DNA from: a virus
Lineage: Duplodnaviria > Heunggongvirae > Uroviricota > Caudoviricetes
DNA length: 64,000 nucleotides
IMG/VR virus record: IMGVR_UViG_3300028797_000106
Direction: 5' to 3' (one strand)
The notes under the pieces were generated by a model. That model was given only the letters and a program-made list of their open reading frames with translations. It did no database searches and was not told the origin of the DNA. Position numbers and translations under genes: made by a program. Below, one piece after another: positions 37,056-46,802 of this stretch (the first letter of the stretch is position 1; every line of letters starts with the position of its first letter).

Positions 37056-37531
37056 GCTAACTTTTTGATTGAGAAGCTGAACAATGAATTCTTGACATTA
37101 TCAAGATCATCATCGCCCCAGTGCTTTGGGCTAGAAGCGAACCATTCAATGCACTTATCTGCGACTCCCGCTTTGAAACGAGAATAGCCGGCAACACGCA
37201 CTCCACCGCGGAAGAAATCATCGCATTCCTCTCGGGTGAAGGTTCCCTTAACGCCTTTTGCTGAGTAGAGACAGTCGTGAATGATTGCTGCACAGTTGTA
37301 TGTCATGTTGTCCTTGTCCCACTTAGGGAGGAACCATGTGAATAGGCTCGGCACGCTTGCACCGTCAGTTCTAAACCCAGATTTCAGCTTCAAAGTCAAC
37401 ATGAACTTCTGATCATTCTTGGTATAAGTTGCGTGTATCATTCCGATGTTGTCCTTCAGTGTCCACACCTTTTTCTTCTCTTCAGCAAAAGTTAGGTTTC
37501 TGAATGCCAATTCTTTCAACGTAACTGCCAT
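37052..37531 (-). CDS. hypothetical protein, DUF1353-like
   Basis: FRTDGASVP and IHDCLY motifs. aggagg RBS before the ATG at 37531 (minus strand); the longer ORF-track start was rejected. Confidence 0.5.
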   Translation of the reverse strand: MAVTLKELAFRNLTFAEEKKKVWTLKDNIGMIHATYTKNDQKFMLTLKLKSGFRTDGASVPSLFTWFLPKWDKDNMTYNCAAIIHDCLYSAKGVKGTFTREECDDFFRGGVRVAGYSRFKAGVADKCIEWFASSPKHWGDDDLDNVKNSLFSFSIKKLA

Positions 37532-37612
37532 AATATACCTCCTATTGTATTTACAAAAATTCTTAAAAAATTGGGCACATAAATAATCCAAATACATTTC
37601 ATAGAGGAAATC

Positions 37613-38866
37613 ATGAACATTCTAATTACAAAGATGATGACTGCCCGCTTCACAACTATTACGGATAGAGAACGCCTTTGCGGTGGGTTTGATGCAATAT
37701 CATATCTCTTCCAGCGCATCGCCGAATCTTACCCGGAACATACATTCTACTATATTGGAGCATCTGATCTGAACGGAACCCGTATTGCTACCGCACCGAA
37801 TTTAATTGACCTCTACACGCCTATAAAGGCGTTTGCGAAGGCCAATGGATATGACCCGATTGCTCAAGATCTTGATAAGACAGGAAAACCTTTCTATCAA
37901 GCAGCGGTAGACTACTGTAAGGAAAACGGCCTGAAATTTGATTTGGCACTCTTCCAGTATGAACAAACATTCCCTATCGCTCATTATGCCGATGGGTACA
38001 TTTCAGAAAGAACAGGCAAGCCACTTCGCACGCTTGTTTCACACCGTCATTCAGCACATGCATTTGTTGTCGCTTCTGACCTCAATGTGCCGCTTTACTT
38101 GATGGTAGATGATCCTAGACAAATTGACCATTTGCCGGCTGACATTAAGCCACCTGTTAAGATCTTCGCTCAATGCAAGGGAACTGACCGCACACGCTAT
38201 TACATCAACAAAAAGGATAAGAAAGAGATCACAACTGAAATGGAATATGCGGAGCTTGAAAAATTTTATCTCTTGAAGAAAGAACGCATCAACTTTACCG
38301 ATCCGAAGAATGTCTGCCCAACACCGCTTGAACACTATGAAAAGGACATTGAATTTACAATGACATTGAACGGCAACAACATTGACCGTTATAACTTTGT
38401 AAAGGATTGGGTTCTCCCATATCGTCCTGACCAAATCGTTTATGGTAAGTGGACTGAAGGTCCAGTGGGCGAAGCAGTTAAGAAAGACGGACTGGAGAAA
38501 AACTTCGTTCGCCGCGGAATGAGCGAAATGGAAGACATCATGTGGCGCTCTAAGTACACGCTTGTCGCACCGCCTTCAGCTAAGACTGCGAACTTCGTGA
38601 CACAAAAGGTTTACTCGATGCTCTATTACGGCATCTTGCCTTTCTGGGTTAAGGGCACTTACGATGTTGACAACTTCTATACTGACATCAGCGACTTTTT
38701 GAAGGTTGACTCGCCTGAACAACTGTGGGAACGCATTGACTTTCTTGAAAAGAACCCTGCTGAATATCAGAAGCAACTGAACCTTGCCTATGAAGCGTTG
38801 CGTCCTGAATACTTTGAAAATGATTTCGTTCACCGTATTTTTGACTGCATCTTGAAAAAGAAATAA
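37613..38866 (+). CDS. Putative DNA glycosyltransferase, T4 beta-glucosyltransferase-like
   Basis: C-terminal VTQKVYSMLYYGILPF...FLKVDSPEQLWERIDFLEKNPAEYQKQL resembles T4 Bgt ITLRVWETMASDAVMLI...FYVNNRAELIDRVNELKHSDVLRKEML by recall. N-terminus is Rossmann-like. Confidence 0.4.
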   Translation: MNILITKMMTARFTTITDRERLCGGFDAISYLFQRIAESYPEHTFYYIGASDLNGTRIATAPNLIDLYTPIKAFAKANGYDPIAQDLDKTGKPFYQAAVDYCKENGLKFDLALFQYEQTFPIAHYADGYISERTGKPLRTLVSHRHSAHAFVVASDLNVPLYLMVDDPRQIDHLPADIKPPVKIFAQCKGTDRTRYYINKKDKKEITTEMEYAELEKFYLLKKERINFTDPKNVCPTPLEHYEKDIEFTMTLNGNNIDRYNFVKDWVLPYRPDQIVYGKWTEGPVGEAVKKDGLEKNFVRRGMSEMEDIMWRSKYTLVAPPSAKTANFVTQKVYSMLYYGILPFWVKGTYDVDNFYTDISDFLKVDSPEQLWERIDFLEKNPAEYQKQLNLAYEALRPEYFENDFVHRIFDCILKKK

Positions 38867-38906
38867 AACATCATACATAAATAAAACACGAATAATTTGT
38901 TAAATT

Positions 38907-39416
38907 TTGACTATGGATAAGAAATATACATTTGTTTTAGATTGTGACGGCGTATTTACCGATGGGACCTTTCATTACAATTCCGAAGGAAAATGTGAGA
39001 AGGTTTTCGGACCTGATGACGCCGATGCTTTAAAGTTGATTAAAGACAAGGTCAACATTGTCATTTGCTCAGCGGATCATAGAGGATTTCCGATTACGAA
39101 AAAGCGCATAAATGACATGGGTTTTGAACTGACACAAGTCAAGTCAAAAGACCGTCTTCAGTGGATAAAAGATAACTGCAAAGACACGACTGTCGCATAC
39201 ATGGGTGACTCATTCCAAGATGCACCGATCTTCAAAGGCGTAGATGTTCCGATCTGCACTTCTGACTCATCTATTGTCGCAAAGGCTTATGCGAAGTATG
39301 TCACACAAAGTAAGGGTGGAAACCGCGCCGTTGCAGAAGCAGTCTTCTATCTAGCTTGGGAATGGTTCAAACAGTCACCAGAAGAATTGATGAAGGAGAA
39401 TGGTTATGACATATAA
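38907..39416 (+). CDS. HAD-superfamily sugar-phosphate phosphatase, KdsC-like
   Basis: VLDCDGVFTDG motif I, GDSFQDAP, C-terminal SKGGNRAVAE, typical of the KdsC subfamily. Confidence 0.65.
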   Translation: MTMDKKYTFVLDCDGVFTDGTFHYNSEGKCEKVFGPDDADALKLIKDKVNIVICSADHRGFPITKKRINDMGFELTQVKSKDRLQWIKDNCKDTTVAYMGDSFQDAPIFKGVDVPICTSDSSIVAKAYAKYVTQSKGGNRAVAEAVFYLAWEWFKQSPEELMKENGYDI

Positions 39417-39984
39417 TGAAATGAAAGATAAGGTGCTTGCTGAATTGAACGAATCATTGAGTTCGTTTGATGAAAGAATGGTTGACCAGTTTGCTGAAGA
39501 ATTGGCCCACAAGCGCTGCGCTAACATTGTCGCATACGGTGCTGGAAGAATGGGTTATGGTATCAGAGCTTTCATTATGAGGCTCATGCATTTGGGTTTC
39601 CATGCTTATTGGTATGGTGACACGACCATCCCACATCTTGGACCGAACGATATGTTCTTGTTCGCATCTGCATCTGGCAAGACACAGTCTATCGTCAAGA
39701 TTGCTGAAATTGCGAAGGAAAAGACAGGTGTTCGCATCGCATCTTTGACAGGTGATGAAGAGTCACCGCTTGCCAAGCTTTCTGACTTGGTGATTAAATT
39801 TAAGGGATGCAACAACGGATTGAACTCCGAAAACTCTCCAGACAAGATTAACTCTATCCAGCCGATGACAACATTGAATGAACAGTCTGCGTTCATTTTC
39901 TTTGATTTGGTCTCTTTGAAGTTGATGGAAAAACTCAATGAAGACAACAAGACAATGAGCTTTAGACATAACCAGATTGAATGA
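39400..39984 (+). CDS. SIS-domain sugar-phosphate isomerase (6-phospho-3-hexuloisomerase / arabinose-5-P isomerase-like)
   Basis: VAYGAGRMGYGIRAFIMRLMHLGF...ASASGKTQSIV SIS signature, close to PHI/HxlB-type sequences. Confidence 0.65.
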   Translation: MVMTYNEMKDKVLAELNESLSSFDERMVDQFAEELAHKRCANIVAYGAGRMGYGIRAFIMRLMHLGFHAYWYGDTTIPHLGPNDMFLFASASGKTQSIVKIAEIAKEKTGVRIASLTGDEESPLAKLSDLVIKFKGCNNGLNSENSPDKINSIQPMTTLNEQSAFIFFDLVSLKLMEKLNEDNKTMSFRHNQIE

Positions 39985-40699
39985 TTTAGAAGGACAAGAA
40001 GATATGAATATAAGCACATCATTGATTTGTATGAACATGTCTCAGGTTGACAGGGACATAGAACGCATATTAAAGGCAGCAAATGGCGACCAAAGATTTA
40101 GCTGGTTTCATGCGGATGCGATGGACGGTCACTTCGTTCCGCGCCTTGGAATTTCACCAGAACTAATTCGTGACATTAAGACAACATTTCCGCAGATTCA
40201 CATTGACTCTCACTTGATGATTGCCGATCCGTTCACTTATGTGGATGTGATTGCTCCTTATTCTGATTGGGTTGTCTTCCATTATGAAGCAGTAACTGAC
40301 CCGATTAGAACATTGCAGAAGATGCGTAAGACATGGCCGAATGTTAAGGTGGGTCTCGCAATAAATTTGGCAACCGTCTTTAATCCTGAAATCATTAAGC
40401 TCTTTGACGGCGTGATGTTCATGGGAATCTCTCCAGGCGTTCTTGGAACGAATTCTTATCCAGAAATTGTGAAAGGCAAAATCGCAATGACGCCGAACCA
40501 TAAACATTACTTTGTAGATGGTTCTGTGAATTTCAACACAATTAAGGATTACCGTTTGATTAACCCGAACGGAACACTTGTTTGCGGTTCATCAACAATG
40601 TTTAAGAAAGATGAATTTACAGAAAATCTAAATCGTGAAGATTTGGTTGCTTACAACATCAACAGAATAAAGGACGCTATCGGATGCGAAAGACAGTAG
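39977..40699 (+). CDS. Ribulose-phosphate 3-epimerase family protein (Rpe/AlsE-like)
   Basis: FHADAMDGHFVPRLG, DSHLMI, HYEA, GLAINLATV, MGISPGVLGT align with Rpe catalytic motifs. Alternative ATG at 40004. Confidence 0.6.
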   Translation: MNDLEGQEDMNISTSLICMNMSQVDRDIERILKAANGDQRFSWFHADAMDGHFVPRLGISPELIRDIKTTFPQIHIDSHLMIADPFTYVDVIAPYSDWVVFHYEAVTDPIRTLQKMRKTWPNVKVGLAINLATVFNPEIIKLFDGVMFMGISPGVLGTNSYPEIVKGKIAMTPNHKHYFVDGSVNFNTIKDYRLINPNGTLVCGSSTMFKKDEFTENLNREDLVAYNINRIKDAIGCERQ

Positions 40700-42336
40700 T
40701 TATTCCCGCTGCGGGTCTTGGCTCACGCCTTGATGAATTCACAAAGAATTACAACAAAGCGATGTGCACACTTGGCCCTAAGCCAGTAATTTCTTACATC
40801 ATTGAAAAATTTACGAAGGACGATGAAATCATCATCTTGTTGGGATACAAAGGTGACTTGCTGAAACAGGTCGTGAAAGCGTGTTATCCTGACTGGAATA
40901 TCACATTTGTGAATGTTGATGTATTCCAGGGTCCGGGTTCGGGATTGGGATATTCATTGTCTTGTGCTAAGGAACTTTTGCAGAAGCCTTTCATGTTCTG
41001 GTCTAATGACTCACTGATTGATGAAAACATTGATGAATTTGATTATGACCATAACTTTATGGTTTTGTCAACATTCAGACCGACAAAGGCAGATTCTTAT
41101 CGTCATGCTCGCATCGGTAAGTATCAGGTTCAGAGCATTTTACCGAAGGGAGAATATGATCCTGAAGGTAAGACAACATTGCCTTACATCGGTATCTCTT
41201 ATGTCAAGGACTATAAACAGTTCTGGCAAGTTCAAGAAGACATGTATGAATTGTTCGTCAATGCCGGTGAAAGTGCTGGCTTGAATAACTTGAAGGACAT
41301 GAGATATGTTGTCACCAAAACTTGGACAGATACAGGCAACAAGGAAGAACTGATTGCTGCGAAGGAACGCTTCTCGAAGAACATGGAAGCAACAATTTTG
41401 GAAAAGCCTGAAGAAGCAATTTGGTTCATTGACAATAAAGTTGTGAAATTCCACATTGACCCGAAGTTCATTGAAGGTCGTGTGAAACGCTTCCATACAT
41501 TCATCAATGATGAGATGAAGAACCGCAACATCTTGATGCCGAAGCTTTTGAGCAATTCAGCGAATGTGTATGTGTATGAAAAGGCAGAAGGTAAGGTTAT
41601 GTCAACTGATGTAACTCCGTCTTCATTTGGCCTATTCATTCAGTTGTTCTTTGACAGCGTTAAAGAAAGAAGCGTCTCTGACGAATACAAGTTGAACATC
41701 TATAACGACTTCTATAAAGACAAGACTCTCAAAAGAATTCAGAAGTATTGTGAAGGATGGGAAGAACTTGATGGCGACTGTATTATTAACGGTTGTGTAT
41801 GTAATTCAGCCAGAAAGGTGATTGAAAACATTGACTGGGAAATGATCTCAAGAAGAGCCGTTATCACCGACAACTATCATGGAGACTTCCACTTGGAAAA
41901 CATTTTGGTTGACCGTCGTGAAAAGGGCAACACAAAGTGGATCATGCTTGACTGGAGACAAAACTTCGGAAAGACATACGATGGCGACATTTATTATGAC
42001 TTCGCTAAAATGTGGCATTCGTTGATTGTTAACCATCACATGGTGAAGGACAACTTGTTCAGCTTCCGTCAAAAGAATAACGGTGAATATGAAATTGACA
42101 TTCATCGCTCATTCATTGACACTGAATGTGAAGAAAAATTCAAGGATTTCTTGGTTCACTCTAAGTATGACGCCGACTTGGCAGAATTCTTGACAGCAGT
42201 CATCTTCTTGAACATCGCTGCTTGTCATGTGGGCGTTTATTCAACTTTCTTGTTCTATTTAGGTAAGTACCTGATAAACAAGTTTATTAAGAAACATCCT
42301 GATTACTTGAAACCTGATAGCGGTTTAATCTACTAA
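40684..42336 (+). CDS. Bifunctional sugar-1-phosphate nucleotidyltransferase / APH-fold sugar kinase
   Basis: N-terminal VVIPAAGLGSRL NTP-sugar pyrophosphorylase motif. C-terminal HGDFHLENILV...MLDWRQ Brenner-type kinase motif as in choline/aminoglycoside/N-acetylhexosamine kinases. Confidence 0.6.
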   Translation: MRKTVVIPAAGLGSRLDEFTKNYNKAMCTLGPKPVISYIIEKFTKDDEIIILLGYKGDLLKQVVKACYPDWNITFVNVDVFQGPGSGLGYSLSCAKELLQKPFMFWSNDSLIDENIDEFDYDHNFMVLSTFRPTKADSYRHARIGKYQVQSILPKGEYDPEGKTTLPYIGISYVKDYKQFWQVQEDMYELFVNAGESAGLNNLKDMRYVVTKTWTDTGNKEELIAAKERFSKNMEATILEKPEEAIWFIDNKVVKFHIDPKFIEGRVKRFHTFINDEMKNRNILMPKLLSNSANVYVYEKAEGKVMSTDVTPSSFGLFIQLFFDSVKERSVSDEYKLNIYNDFYKDKTLKRIQKYCEGWEELDGDCIINGCVCNSARKVIENIDWEMISRRAVITDNYHGDFHLENILVDRREKGNTKWIMLDWRQNFGKTYDGDIYYDFAKMWHSLIVNHHMVKDNLFSFRQKNNGEYEIDIHRSFIDTECEEKFKDFLVHSKYDADLAEFLTAVIFLNIAACHVGVYSTFLFYLGKYLINKFIKKHPDYLKPDSGLIY

Positions 42337-42349
42337 TCAGAAAATTTTT

Positions 42350-42380
42350 GGGCGGCTCTTCGGGGCGCCCATTTCTTTTA
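42350..42380 (+). terminator. Intrinsic terminator (imperfect hairpin) followed by TAAATTTG box
   Basis: gggcggctcttcggggcgccc hairpin then atttctttta; preceded by gaaaattttt. Confidence 0.5.
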
Positions 42381-42430
42381 TAAATTTGTATTAAGGTTCA
42401 TAACATAAATGTTGAAAAGGAGGAACCTAA

Positions 42431-45115
42431 ATGGATGATAAGATCCAGCGTGCTTATAAGCACATCTTTTATGATAATTGGTCAAAGCAAATTTGTGTCC
42501 GATATGTTGGTGATACCGAGTTCACTAAAATTCCGTATAAGAAAGATTATTGGGTAAAAGATCCGACTGGTAAGTCTGAATGGAAGGACTTACACGGAAC
42601 ACCAATGATTAAGAAGCCTCTTACTGATAAAGAAATTGTTAAGACTTTGAAACAGTCAGGCGTTACTGTCGCCGAATCCGATTTGAAGGAAGAAGTTAAG
42701 TGGGCGCATGATGTATATGACAATGTTGAACTGACTGCGAACGTCAATGACTTCAACATTGGCTTTTATGATATTGAAGTTGCGGTACCGGAAGATGGTG
42801 GTTTTCCAAAGCCTGAAGAAGCTCGTTTTCCGATTAACTTGATTACATTTTATTCTACAAAGACCAAGACAACATATACTTGGGCTCTCAATCTAAACCT
42901 GCAAGAAGATGACATTGTTAAGAATGTAAGGAACTTCACAAATGAAGTTGATATGTTGAAGGACTGGCTGACTTGGTTCGCAAATGAGCACTTTGACATT
43001 ATCACAGGTTGGAACTCCGTTCTGTTTGACTTGCCTTACATCATTAACCGAATTAAGAACTTACGCATTCAACATGGCATCAAAAAGGAATTGGAAAGAG
43101 CATTGTCACCGTTAGGCAAGATGCCTGAAGCAAAGGATATCTCTGATAAAAAGCAGGGAAATGCCTTGGGTTCATCGTATGAAATACCAGCCTTGCTGCA
43201 TATTGACTACATGGACTTGTATAAGACATTTGCCAAACATGACCCGTTGCCATCATACTCACTGAACTATGTTTCAAAGTTGGTGACTGGCAAAGGTAAG
43301 TTGGAATATGAAGGAACCATCAATACGATTTGGCAGACTGACGGTCAGAAGTTCGGTCAGTATAACGTCGTTGACGTTCTTGACTTTGTTGAGATAGAAG
43401 AAGTTTGCCAGCTGTTCCCACTTATCATTGAATATGCGTATGATTGCTTGGTGACATTGGACAAGATTTACAACAAGGTGCCGACTACTGAAGGTTATAT
43501 CTTGAGATACATTCATGGCCGTCACATTGTTATGAATGACCGACCTGACCATCACGAAGACTGGTGGCGAGCCGAAGAATGTTTCAAAATCAGAAAACCT
43601 GATGGTTCAGATTACTTCCAGAACTGTGAATGGGAAAACGGTAAATATGAATTTGAAGAGTTCCATGTTAAAGCGGGTTACTGTTATGACTTCCCTGGCC
43701 GTTATGATGACTGTATGTCTTTTGACATTACTTCGTCATACCCTCACCATATCATGCAGTTCAACATCTCGCCAGAAGTTAAAATCAGACACCCGAAGAA
43801 AGAAGATATTCTGAGCGGAAAGGTCATAGCATCTGATGTGAACGAAGTCGGGTTCTTGAGAACCGATGATGCAATTCTTCCAAGTATCGTTAAGAAGGTA
43901 TTTGATGAAAGAAAGCATTATAAAGATCTGATGAAGGAAGCCAAGAAGAAGGGTGATAAACACATGGCGGCTATTTATGATAACCGTCAGGGCATCAAGA
44001 AGATCATTATTAACTCGATGTATGGTGTCTGCTTGGCACCGGGCTTCCACATGTATGACATTGACTGTGCAAGATCCATCACTCGCTGTGCCCGTGTCAC
44101 TTTGAGAGACTGGCTGAAGAAATCACTTGACGCATACTATGTGTCAACTGCATTGTTGTCAGATGTTCAGAAGTACTTTAACATCAAGTTGAAGAACACA
44201 AAGCCGCTTGAAATCAAGAACCGTGAATGCGTCTGCGTTCATGCTGATACTGACTCACTGTATTTCTGCATTAATGAATTGAAGATCAGACTTCGTCAAG
44301 AAGGAATGCATATCCAGACTGAAGAAGAACATCGTCAGTTCTATGCTACTGCTGAACAAATGTTCCAAGACTTCTTCGTGAAGGTTCTTGAAATCAGAGC
44401 AAAGAAGAGCCAGACGACAAACAAGATCAAGTATAACAGAGAAAACATTTTCTCTAACATGTTCTGCTTCGCAAAGAAACTTTATATCGGAAACGTCATT
44501 GACGCTGAAGGAACGCCGTATCCGTTTGACGCTGCAAAGCACAAGATAATGGGTGTTGGTATTAAGCGTTCTGATATGCCGGAATTCTGTAAGCAGGCTG
44601 CTGAAAAACTCGCATTTGATATCTGTGCTGGACAGGATTACGAAAAGTCACTTGAATTCATTCATAACACTTACGATGAATTCTGTGCTGCTGGACCTGA
44701 TGCAGTGTCAGCGAAGAAATCGGTTTCGGAATACACGAAGTATGTCACTGAACCAATTGACTCGTATGTCAAGAATGGTCTGCACTTTGATAAAGGACAA
44801 CCGTTCAATGCGAAGTGTGCACTGGCATATAACTATGTGATTACCAAACATAAGTTGCCGCTCATGCCGATTATGAACGGAAACAAATTTAACTATGTGT
44901 ATGTCAAGCCGACTAACCGATATAGAATTGAAGCGACTGCGTTCGTCGGAGCATGGCCGAAAGAATTCTATAAGATCTTTGAGGTTGACTATGAAACAAT
45001 GTTCTCGAAAACATTCTTGCCGTTGTTTGAGTCAATGTTCAAGGTAAAGAAATGGATAGGAGAAAAGGAAAGCATCTCACTGGAAAGAGGCGGTCTCGCA
45101 GCTTTCTTTGGATAG
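42431..45115 (+). CDS. DNA polymerase, family B (T4 gp43-like)
   Basis: Exo I FYDIEV; motif A DITSSYPHHIM; motif B KKIIINSMYGV; motif C VHADTDSLY; 894 aa. Confidence 0.9.
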   Translation: MDDKIQRAYKHIFYDNWSKQICVRYVGDTEFTKIPYKKDYWVKDPTGKSEWKDLHGTPMIKKPLTDKEIVKTLKQSGVTVAESDLKEEVKWAHDVYDNVELTANVNDFNIGFYDIEVAVPEDGGFPKPEEARFPINLITFYSTKTKTTYTWALNLNLQEDDIVKNVRNFTNEVDMLKDWLTWFANEHFDIITGWNSVLFDLPYIINRIKNLRIQHGIKKELERALSPLGKMPEAKDISDKKQGNALGSSYEIPALLHIDYMDLYKTFAKHDPLPSYSLNYVSKLVTGKGKLEYEGTINTIWQTDGQKFGQYNVVDVLDFVEIEEVCQLFPLIIEYAYDCLVTLDKIYNKVPTTEGYILRYIHGRHIVMNDRPDHHEDWWRAEECFKIRKPDGSDYFQNCEWENGKYEFEEFHVKAGYCYDFPGRYDDCMSFDITSSYPHHIMQFNISPEVKIRHPKKEDILSGKVIASDVNEVGFLRTDDAILPSIVKKVFDERKHYKDLMKEAKKKGDKHMAAIYDNRQGIKKIIINSMYGVCLAPGFHMYDIDCARSITRCARVTLRDWLKKSLDAYYVSTALLSDVQKYFNIKLKNTKPLEIKNRECVCVHADTDSLYFCINELKIRLRQEGMHIQTEEEHRQFYATAEQMFQDFFVKVLEIRAKKSQTTNKIKYNRENIFSNMFCFAKKLYIGNVIDAEGTPYPFDAAKHKIMGVGIKRSDMPEFCKQAAEKLAFDICAGQDYEKSLEFIHNTYDEFCAAGPDAVSAKKSVSEYTKYVTEPIDSYVKNGLHFDKGQPFNAKCALAYNYVITKHKLPLMPIMNGNKFNYVYVKPTNRYRIEATAFVGAWPKEFYKIFEVDYETMFSKTFLPLFESMFKVKKWIGEKESISLERGGLAAFFG

Positions 45116-45125
45116 GAGCAACTAA

Positions 45126-45866
45126 ATGAATAACTTTGAAGTAATGAAAGAGTGGAAAGAAATCTGCAACGGAGTATGCGACTACATCTCAACTGAACGA
45201 TGTCAAAAGTTCGGTATGCAGGTTGGTCGCATAACCGAAACTAGCATGATAAATGGCCGTCGCACGATGCCGATGATATTGAAAGACGACGACGAATACC
45301 GAAAGGAATTTGGCAATAGGGTCAGAAGCCACATTCAATTCTGGCTTGACGATTCTATTACCATTCGTTGTAAGGATCCGATCTTTTGCAGAAACACAGG
45401 TAAAGATTCCCTTGAACTTTGGAACTACATGCTTTTGACTGACCAAGAAACTGGAAAGAAGTATCTCGGCGCGGACCGTATTATCGTAACTCCTTGGGGC
45501 GGTCGCCTTAAGGATATGATTGGGACACCGTTCAACATTGTTGAGACAGTCGGCAAATGTGTGTATGTTGGCGAGCATCATGAACCGCCCGAGGCCAGCC
45601 TTGCTCGTGTAAAGTGTTTTCTTGAGTTGCAGATGGATCTTATTCCTATTCATGAAGCACACTGGAAAGTATATGATTCGTATAAAATGCGTAAGGCAGC
45701 AATAGACGCAGAATATGAAAAGCAGATGCAAGAACTTAACGATGAACTGAGAGCAAATGCGACAAAGACAATAAATAAACAACACATCTTATGCGAAAGG
45801 ACTTTATGTTGCGTTGACCGACAAAAGATCCTTGACGGTGAGAAATTTCAATATAAGGAGCTCTAA
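45126..45866 (+). CDS. hypothetical protein
   Basis: 246 aa. Confidence 0.5.
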   Translation: MNNFEVMKEWKEICNGVCDYISTERCQKFGMQVGRITETSMINGRRTMPMILKDDDEYRKEFGNRVRSHIQFWLDDSITIRCKDPIFCRNTGKDSLELWNYMLLTDQETGKKYLGADRIIVTPWGGRLKDMIGTPFNIVETVGKCVYVGEHHEPPEASLARVKCFLELQMDLIPIHEAHWKVYDSYKMRKAAIDAEYEKQMQELNDELRANATKTINKQHILCERTLCCVDRQKILDGEKFQYKEL

Positions 45867-45867
45867 C

Positions 45868-46065
45868 ATGAAAATCATTCTTGAAGGAAAGGCTCAGCAG
45901 TGCCCAGCAGTAATTGGCATGTTGACCGAAGAAGTTTTGCTTGACCCAAATCAGGCAAATGTGAAACTCAATGCTATGAATCTTGCGATTGACCGCATTG
46001 AGAAAGTTAACGGTGAAACAGTAGTTTTCATCAAGGAAAATATCTCTAACCTATTGTGTGGATAA
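45868..46065 (+). CDS. hypothetical small protein
   Basis: aaggag RBS then ATG at 45868. Confidence 0.45.
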   Translation: MKIILEGKAQQCPAVIGMLTEEVLLDPNQANVKLNAMNLAIDRIEKVNGETVVFIKENISNLLCG

Positions 46066-46066
46066 T

Positions 46067-46525
46067 ATGGCAGACATTCTATTCTCAGGTAAGATGACAT
46101 CCTTCGCGGCAAATGTACCGCAGAAGGAAAGCGCTATCACCAAGTTCACTGTTGTGGTTACTGAAGACACATCAGTCAGAACTTTCCCAGGACAGTTCAA
46201 GACACCGAAACTTGATGTCTTTGACTCAATGGCAGCTAATGATCTTTTTGACAAGATTTCAATTCCGCTTAAGGACTATCTTGTTGAATATGACATGAAG
46301 TTCGGTGATACAGAATTTACCGCAAAGATTGAAAACCTTTCGGCATCTATCAAACATACAAAGGACGGAACCGCATATACCGTCTATACTCTCCGTTTCG
46401 TCAAGGAAGTTGAAAAGGACATTGACTGGCAGCTTTCTTGCTATGTGAAAATTAAGGAAGAAACTGAAGAAGGTAAGAAGGTTGACAAGCTCTTTACCGT
46501 TGAGATGACTGAAAAAGATAACTAG
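46067..46525 (+). CDS. hypothetical protein
   Basis: ATG at 46067 directly after the upstream stop. Confidence 0.5.
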   Translation: MADILFSGKMTSFAANVPQKESAITKFTVVVTEDTSVRTFPGQFKTPKLDVFDSMAANDLFDKISIPLKDYLVEYDMKFGDTEFTAKIENLSASIKHTKDGTAYTVYTLRFVKEVEKDIDWQLSCYVKIKEETEEGKKVDKLFTVEMTEKDN

Positions 46526-46548
46526 GAAACATAGTTACGGTGTTCAAA

Positions 46549-46585
46549 TGACGCTTCGCTGCTTGCGAGGCGTTTTTCTTATCTT
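46549..46585 (+). terminator. Rho-independent terminator
   Basis: acgcttcg-ctgcttg-cgaggcgt hairpin (one G-U pair) then ttttt. Confidence 0.55.
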
Positions 46586-46802
46586 AAATTTACGAAATTT
46601 GGGCTGTTTTATTACAGTTTTGAGCAGAAATCGTCAAATTTTATGATAAATTCGGTAAATACGGATAATTGCCAACAAAATCTTAAAAACATGCTTTTTG
46701 CGGATTTTACCCGCTTACATCTTTAGATTTTATTTACCTTCAAATTGTGCACGGTCGCCCAAAATTTAATTATATTTTTATTGAATAGTGGAGGTAAAAC
46801 TT

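Noticed and set aside
46540-46585. tRNA-like TTCAAAT loop (ggtgttcaaatgacgc)
   Set aside because: No acceptor, D or anticodon stems can be built. The region is better explained as the terminator hairpin acgcttcg...cgaggcgt plus T-tract. No tRNA genes were found in the window.
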